DNA from: an uncultured Spirochaetales bacterium
GTDB lineage: Bacteria > Spirochaetota > Spirochaetia > CAYRYS01
Assembly: GCA_964428555.1 (NCBI GenBank)
Contig: CAYRYS010000004.1
Location: forward strand, 1-64,000
Direction: 5' to 3'
Length of the DNA stretch: 64,000 bases
In this document: piece after piece, positions 58,539 to 64,000 of the stretch
Layout: every line of letters starts with the position of its first letter
Position numbering within the stretch: position 1 is the first letter of the stretch
Made by a program: the position numbers and the translations under genes
The notes under the pieces: model-generated
Told to the model about the DNA's origin: nothing
What the model saw: only the letters and a program-made list of their open reading frames with translations
The model's database searches: none

Positions 58539-59435
58539 TTAAGCCCTCAGGCTTGTTCCAGTCAGCTTGAGAAATAAATCGTCCAGGTGCGGCGAATGGA
58601 TGGAAAGCCCGTCAAGGGAGATTCCATGGTCCTGGAGAGAGCGTATGGCAGGGGTGATGTTCCGTGTCTGTATCTCCAAGTTTCCGTTGCGCACCCTGGC
58701 TTCTTTGGGTATCTCTTTGTCCCCGACATAGGAACAGGGCACCCTGATAATATCTCCGTCAAAATGCTCTTTCAGCAGCTCTTTTGGGGAGTTGCGGGCA
58801 ATTATTTTGCCGTGGTCCATTATAGCAATATCGTCACAGAGCTTTTCTGCCTCGTCCATGTAGTGTGTAGTAAGGAGGATGGTCTTGTCCTCTGCTTTTA
58901 TTTTTTCAATTAGGTCCCAGAAGTTCCGCCGCGCCTGGGGGTCAAGACCTGTGGTGGGTTCATCCAGGAACACAAGCTCAGGGTCGTTTATCAGGGCAAG
59001 CCCGAGGAGCATTCGCTGCCTCTGCCCGCCGGAGAGCTTTCTATTGTCCCTGTTCTGGATGTCCTGTAAGGAGCAAATCTGGATAATTTCTTCTATTGTC
59101 CTGTGCTTTGGATACAAAGCGGAAAAAAGCTCTAAGGTCTCTCTTACTGTAATAAACTCCTGAAGCGCTGTATGCTGAAACTGGATCCCTACCCGCTCCT
59201 TAAACTGCTGGTCTATCGGCCTTCCCTTAAACAGCACACTCCCTGCAGTAGGCTCAAGGATCCCTTCCATCATCTCTATGGTAGTAGTCTTTCCTGCCCC
59301 GTTAGGACCAAGAAGGCCGAAACAAATACCTTGAGGAATGGAGAAACTTACATCATCTACAGCCAGCACACCTGGGAATTGCTTCCTCAGGTCTTTTACT
59401 TCTATTATTGTGTTCATTGCTGCAAATATACTCAC
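58539..59435 (-). CDS. ABC transporter ATP-binding protein (ABC-2 / DrrA-like exporter subfamily)
   Basis: Walker A GLLGPNGAGKTTT, signature LSGGQRQRMLLGLAL, Walker B LVFLDEPTTGLD. Confidence 0.85.
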   Translation of the reverse strand: MSIFAAMNTIIEVKDLRKQFPGVLAVDDVSFSIPQGICFGLLGPNGAGKTTTIEMMEGILEPTAGSVLFKGRPIDQQFKERVGIQFQHTALQEFITVRETLELFSALYPKHRTIEEIIQICSLQDIQNRDNRKLSGGQRQRMLLGLALINDPELVFLDEPTTGLDPQARRNFWDLIEKIKAEDKTILLTTHYMDEAEKLCDDIAIMDHGKIIARNSPKELLKEHFDGDIIRVPCSYVGDKEIPKEARVRNGNLEIQTRNITPAIRSLQDHGISLDGLSIHSPHLDDLFLKLTGTSLRA

Positions 59436-59643
59436 AGCGTTTACCCGCGTCCAGAAAAACTAGGGATGAACAAAAGTAAAGTCCAAAGAAATTTAATTTT
59501 ATTTGACTGGTCTTTATTTGTAAATTTTATTCTGTTTCCATAAATTGACAAAAATTCTCTCAGTTTTGACTTAATCTTCCATATTCTTGACCTGAAGTGT
59601 TTTTCAACATAGGATACTTATACAAAATGACAGGAGTTATGCC

Positions 59644-62358
59644 ATGGCAAATGAAATAGAAAACTACTCAAGTTCAGTGGAAGATGTGGAAAAAGAGTTT
59701 TCCACAGACCTGAAAGAAGGGCTTTCACAAAAAACCGCTGCCCAGCGTCTGGAAAAATACGGGCCGAACAAGCTTGAGCAGAAGAGCAGTGTTTCACCGT
59801 GGAAGATCTTCTTCAGCCAGTTTAAGAACATAATCATGCTGCTTCTTCTTGCTGCAACAGTAATTTCTTTTTCTATCGGAGACTTTGTTGAAGGAATTGC
59901 TGTTGTTATTGTCATTCTTTTAAACGCCTTGTTCGGTTTTGTGACAGAGTACCGGGCTGAAAAGTCAGTAGAAGCCTTGCGGCAGATGATAACACCCACA
60001 GCAAAGGTGCTGCGGGAGGGTACGCTCTCGGAAATTGATGCTGTCAACCTGGTACCTGGGGACATCATCATCCTAGAAGAAGGAGACAGGATAACAGCTG
60101 ACGGCAGGCTTTTTGAGGCTGATAACCTAGCAGCTGACGAGGCAATGCTTACAGGTGAGTCTGAGCCTGTGAACAAACACACCAGGACAATATCATCACA
60201 AAAAAAGGTCGGAATTGCAGACAGAAAGAACATGGTCTTCATGGGTACAGCAATAACACGGGGCAACGGAAAAGCGGTTGTTACCGGAACAAGCCACAAT
60301 ACACAGATGGGACACATCTCTACAATGCTCCAGGAAACTGAAGATGAGTCCACTCCATTGGAAGAGCGCCTGGAAAAGATGGGCCATTTTCTTATTATCC
60401 TCACATTCATTGTTACAGCTGTTGTAGCTGTTGCGGGTATTCTTTCAGGCAAACCAATTATCGAGATGCTGGAAACAGCAATCGCCCTTGCAATTGCTGC
60501 TGTGCCTGAAGGCCTTCCCGCTGTTGCTACCATCACTCTGGCAATTGGAATGAAGCGCATGGCACAGAAGAACGCATTGGTAAAAAGCCTGCCTGCTGTG
60601 GAGACCCTTGGTTCAACAACAGTAATCTGTACTGATAAAACAGGCACATTAACAGAGAACCAGATGACTGTGCAGGAAATCTTCCTTCCAGGCAGAGACA
60701 TTGTTGTATCCGGCACCGGATACGCGCCGGATGGGAAGTTCCAGGAGGAGGGATCGGATATTTCTCCAGCTGATGATGATGAACTCTCCTTATTTCTTAA
60801 GGCCGGTTCTTTGTGCTCAAACGCGGTACTTACACACGAGGCGGACAAGGGATGGGGTATGATCGGCGACCCCACAGAAGGGGCCTTGGTCACTGCAGCA
60901 AAAAAAGCAGACATGGACAGAGAGGAGATGGAAGACACAGGGTACGAGCGCTTTGATGAGCTGCCATTTGACTCTGACGCGAAATTCATGGCTGTTCTGA
61001 ATAATATTCCCGACGCGGATGCAGCGGTATTTCTAAAAGGAGCGCCGGATGTTGTGCTGGATATGTGTGGAAAGGTACGCGTAAACGGCTCTGAACAAGA
61101 ACTTACCCAGGAGAAACGGGAAACATATTTACAGAAAAACAACCATCTTGCTCAGAAGGGACTGCGGGTCCTGGCTGTTGGGTATAAAAAGGGAGTTTCA
61201 AAGAGCGCTGAAATTGAAAACGAGATAGATGAGGGAATGGTCTTCCTCGGGTTCGCTGGAATACTCGACCCGCCGCGGCCGGATGTTGCCCAGGCAATTA
61301 AAGAAGCGCAGTCAGCGGGTATCCGTACAATTATGATAACAGGGGACCAGCGGGACACTGCAATGGCAATTGCACAGCGGATCGATATGCAGGGCGCACA
61401 GGGGCAGGCGATTACCGGTACTGAAATGGATGAGTTTTCCATAGATGAGCTTGCAGAGCGTCTCCGCCATAATCCTATTTTTGCCAGGGTCTCCCCAAAG
61501 AACAAGCTGGATATTGTGGATGCCTTAAATGAAAACAATGAAATAACAGCAATGACAGGGGACGGAGTAAATGACGCGCCTGCACTAAAAAAAGCGGACA
61601 TCGGCATCTCCATGGGACAGAGGGGAACCACTGTTGCAAAGGAAGCCTCTGACATGGTGCTCCTTGACGACCGGTTTCCCACAATCGTGGAGGCGGTAAG
61701 GCAAGGCAGGGTAATTTTTGACAATATCCAGAAATTCATCCACTACCTGTTTTCCTGCAACCTAAGCGAGATTATACTTATCTTTATCTCAATTCTCCTT
61801 AGGGTCCCTACTCCGGTGATTGCTTTGCAGATCCTGTGGCTGAACCTGGTAACTGATGTTTTTCCAGCACTTGCAATGGCCTGGGAGACCCCTGAAGCAG
61901 GGATTATGACTAGACCCCCGCGGGAGCCGAGCAAGCCGATTATTACAAACCGCCATAAACTCAGGATCGGTTTCCAGGGAGCTGTTATCACCCTTGGTCC
62001 GTTGTTTGCCTATCTTTTCACTTTGAACAACGGCTTCACCATGCCTGAGAGCAGGACAATCGGGTTTATGACACTTGCCCTTGTGCAGCTTTTTCATGTG
62101 TTCAATGTCAGAAGGAAAAACGGGCTTGGCTTTGATATTACTATCTTCAAAAACGCATACCTCTGGGGTGCTTTTGTGCTTACCCTAGGTCTGCAGTTCT
62201 TTGCTGTATACACCCCGTTTATGCAGACAATTCTCCATACCACAGCCCTGTCACCGAGAATGTGGCTTATTGTTCTCTGCGGCGCCCTTGCGCCAATTAT
62301 TGTGCTGCAGATAATTGCCGGAATACGAGTGCTTATCGGCAAACCGTATCAGGAGTAA
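59644..62358 (+). CDS. P-type cation-transporting ATPase, type IIA/IIB (Ca2+-ATPase-like)
   Basis: Phosphorylation motif ICTDKTGTLTEN, TGES actuator motif, hinge MTGDGVNDAPALKKADIGISMG, KGAPD nucleotide site, PEGLPAV in TM4, 10 TM helices. CAGGAG RBS. Confidence 0.85.
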   Translation: MANEIENYSSSVEDVEKEFSTDLKEGLSQKTAAQRLEKYGPNKLEQKSSVSPWKIFFSQFKNIIMLLLLAATVISFSIGDFVEGIAVVIVILLNALFGFVTEYRAEKSVEALRQMITPTAKVLREGTLSEIDAVNLVPGDIIILEEGDRITADGRLFEADNLAADEAMLTGESEPVNKHTRTISSQKKVGIADRKNMVFMGTAITRGNGKAVVTGTSHNTQMGHISTMLQETEDESTPLEERLEKMGHFLIILTFIVTAVVAVAGILSGKPIIEMLETAIALAIAAVPEGLPAVATITLAIGMKRMAQKNALVKSLPAVETLGSTTVICTDKTGTLTENQMTVQEIFLPGRDIVVSGTGYAPDGKFQEEGSDISPADDDELSLFLKAGSLCSNAVLTHEADKGWGMIGDPTEGALVTAAKKADMDREEMEDTGYERFDELPFDSDAKFMAVLNNIPDADAAVFLKGAPDVVLDMCGKVRVNGSEQELTQEKRETYLQKNNHLAQKGLRVLAVGYKKGVSKSAEIENEIDEGMVFLGFAGILDPPRPDVAQAIKEAQSAGIRTIMITGDQRDTAMAIAQRIDMQGAQGQAITGTEMDEFSIDELAERLRHNPIFARVSPKNKLDIVDALNENNEITAMTGDGVNDAPALKKADIGISMGQRGTTVAKEASDMVLLDDRFPTIVEAVRQGRVIFDNIQKFIHYLFSCNLSEIILIFISILLRVPTPVIALQILWLNLVTDVFPALAMAWETPEAGIMTRPPREPSKPIITNRHKLRIGFQGAVITLGPLFAYLFTLNNGFTMPESRTIGFMTLALVQLFHVFNVRRKNGLGFDITIFKNAYLWGAFVLTLGLQFFAVYTPFMQTILHTTALSPRMWLIVLCGALAPIIVLQIIAGIRVLIGKPYQE

Positions 62359-62621
62359 ACCGGGTATCCGCTCATCGAGTGCGCCAACTTGTTGGCGTGT
62401 ACCGAGATGACCGAGAAAAAGACAATGCCTGTACGGTCATCGAGTGATTTTCCGCTAGGAAAAATGCTTGCCCTGAGTGATTCATCGAAGATGCATTGTA
62501 TCGAAGGGTACCGAGATGACGGAGGAAATGTTAACGCCTGGGGAATCTAACGCAGCAAAGCTGGCGGTTTCAGCGTCCTCTCGATACACTGCCTCACGGC
62601 AGCACTCGAGGAGCGTGGTGT

Positions 62622-62787
62622 TCCGCAGCAATGCTAACGTTTTCCTGCCTTCAAACTCCGGCCAGCTTTCAGCTGCACGGCAAATAGCGCGGATCATTTG
62701 AACTATGTACTGGTTCCAGGAAAGAGGGTCGTGTTTATTAAATATCTTCCTTTGCGCCTTGGCGACGTTGCGAGACACTCTTCTTCT
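62622..62787. repeat. Direct repeat copy 1 (about 166 bp), downstream flank of the Rpn-family gene
   Basis: About 90 percent identical by eye to 63771..63937. Shared core ...gctaacgttttcctgccttcaaactccggccagctttcagctgcacggcaaatagcgcgg.tcatttgaactat.tactggttccagga... Carries the start of a small minus-strand ORF. Confidence 0.7.
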
Positions 62788-62812
62788 TTTCCGCTGCGCC
62801 CTCCAAGTGTGG

Positions 62813-63697
62813 TTATTTCTTCAGCTTCTCTATTTCTTCTCTGGAAAGGCCGGTTATTTTAACAATATCCTCTACTGGATAATCCATTTCAAGCATCCGC
62901 TGCGCGTCTTCTATTTTACCATCATTTTTCCATTCTTCCTGTAGTTCTTTTATTGTATCCACAAGCATGCTCTTTGCCTCCTTGTCGTTATTAAGTGATG
63001 TTATCTCTTCATATATCGATCTGTCTATCCGTTCATTTTTGAACAGGTGTTTTATCCATACTGCTAAAAGGGCTATAGTTTCCACTGATTCGCTTGAAAG
63101 AATGTCTACAAGATTTTTTGTAATGGCCTGAAAGTCTTCCCTATCTGTGTTTTCCAAGAGGAATATTCCTGAAACCGCGTTATTTATTGCAAGCAGCTCT
63201 TCTCTACCGTACTCGTTCTCTAGTATTTTGAAATACTGAAAGTCAGGGTAGTAGCTCTTTAAAAATTCATTAGGTTCTATCAATTCCCGAATTGAATCAG
63301 GAGCAGTCCATTTGCTGTTCCCATTGTACAGCAGTATTGGAAGGACAGGCGGGAGCTTTTTTACTTCCTTTTTTTCTTTTAAGTAGTCCATGTAAAAAAG
63401 GATGATGTAATTGAGCATCCGCAGTGCCATAAAACGGTCATTTGTACTTTGGAACTCAATAAACAGGTAGATGTAGGCTTCTTCCCCGTTTAATCCAACC
63501 TTTACCAAAAGGTCATCAGCGAAATCCGCGAACTCTTCAGAAATATAAGACTTTTCCACCATCGGCTCAAACACGGAGAAGTCCAGCTGGTCAGCAAAGT
63601 CCTTGCTCACAAAGCTTTCGATAAGCTCTTTTATGAGTATCTTGTTTGAAAATAGGTAGCCGTAGCCGTGTTTATGGATAAACCGGTCTTTTTTCAT
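62813..63697 (-). CDS. Rpn-family (YhgA-like) PD-(D/E)XK recombination-promoting nuclease / putative transposase
   Basis: N-terminal HKH...LFS region, PD-(D/E)XK core DDLLVKV...GEEAYIYLFIEFQS, LPPVLPILLYNGNSKWTAP, and the family-typical C-terminal tail VEDIVKITGLSREEIEKLKK. Confidence 0.7.
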   Translation of the reverse strand: MKKDRFIHKHGYGYLFSNKILIKELIESFVSKDFADQLDFSVFEPMVEKSYISEEFADFADDLLVKVGLNGEEAYIYLFIEFQSTNDRFMALRMLNYIILFYMDYLKEKKEVKKLPPVLPILLYNGNSKWTAPDSIRELIEPNEFLKSYYPDFQYFKILENEYGREELLAINNAVSGIFLLENTDREDFQAITKNLVDILSSESVETIALLAVWIKHLFKNERIDRSIYEEITSLNNDKEAKSMLVDTIKELQEEWKNDGKIEDAQRMLEMDYPVEDIVKITGLSREEIEKLKK

Positions 63698-63770
63698 ACA
63701 TATAGTATATCTGAATTTATGTATACAGGCAATAATATAGCAGTTCAGGGGAATAATTAGGATTTGATAA

Positions 63771-63937
63771 TCCGCAGCAAAGCTAACGTTTTCCTGCCTT
63801 CAAACTCCGGCCAGCTTTCAGCTGCACGGCAAATAGCGCGGGTCATTTGAACTATATACTGGTTCCAGGAGAGCTGGTCATGTTTATGAAATATCTGCCC
63901 TTTGCGCCTTGGCGACGTTGCGAGACATTTTTCTTCT
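63771..63937. repeat. Direct repeat copy 2 (about 167 bp), upstream flank of the Rpn-family gene
   Basis: See copy 1. One extra C relative to copy 1. Contains the start of the minus-strand ORF 63757..63945. Confidence 0.7.
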
Positions 63938-64000
63938 GTTTCCATAAATACGTTGATATTTCACGGAAGTACTTTTAGATAACAGATTAACCGCGTTCTC

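Noticed and set aside
62477-62701. Plus-strand 74-aa ORF across the short-repeat region and repeat copy 1
   Set aside because: It is not conserved in repeat copy 2 (the plus frame is broken there) and has a Ser/Ala/Arg low-complexity composition, so it is probably spurious.
1-64000. Search for CRISPR arrays, tRNA/rRNA genes and IS elements with terminal inverted repeats
   Set aside because: No regularly spaced direct repeats, no cloverleaf-like conserved tRNA boxes in the few intergenic regions longer than 100 bp, and no transposase ORFs other than the Rpn-family gene.

Overview
This 64 kb window is gene-dense chromosomal DNA, probably from a motile anaerobe; the chemotaxis genes and Fn3-type surface proteins resemble Spirochaetota/Treponema, but I cannot confirm the organism. 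I call about 45 protein-coding genes and find no rRNA, tRNA or CRISPR array. Core content left to right: GntR regulator, SPFH protein, a Lol-like ABC transporter set (ATPase, two FtsX permeases, LolA-like protein, outer-membrane-like protein), ogt, alpha/beta hydrolase, VanZ, an aminotransferase, and a proC-proA-proB operon (minus strand). Upstream of proCAB on the same strand lie an Sfp-type phosphopantetheinyl transferase, a tandem-receiver response regulator and an 8.8 kb dimodular NRPS (C-A-T-E-C-A-T-R); I predict its product is a D-configured dipeptide aldehyde. Further right: a three-gene sensory module (solute-binding protein, Cache histidine kinase, hybrid kinase); a MarR / CoA-disulfide reductase-rhodanese / DUF89 / radical-SAM block; a 1482-aa CheB-CheR-PAS-HWE-kinase protein; an MCP; an aldehyde dehydrogenase; an RCC1/Fn3 surface protein; trkA-trkH; an ABC-2 exporter; a P-type Ca-ATPase; and an Rpn-family PD-(D/E)XK nuclease gene flanked by about 166-bp direct repeats. 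The most unusual item is a single 1112-aa ORF (46807..50145, minus strand) fusing 2-oxoacid dehydrogenase E1-alpha, E1-beta, a lipoyl carrier domain and a FabH-like KAS III domain. Other anomalies: the PPTase N-terminus continues in frame upstream of its first ATG into an ATAA overlap with the regulator's stop codon; a lipoprotein signal peptide is split from its body by a frameshift in a C5 tract; and an Fn3 pseudogene remnant precedes a clean terminator.
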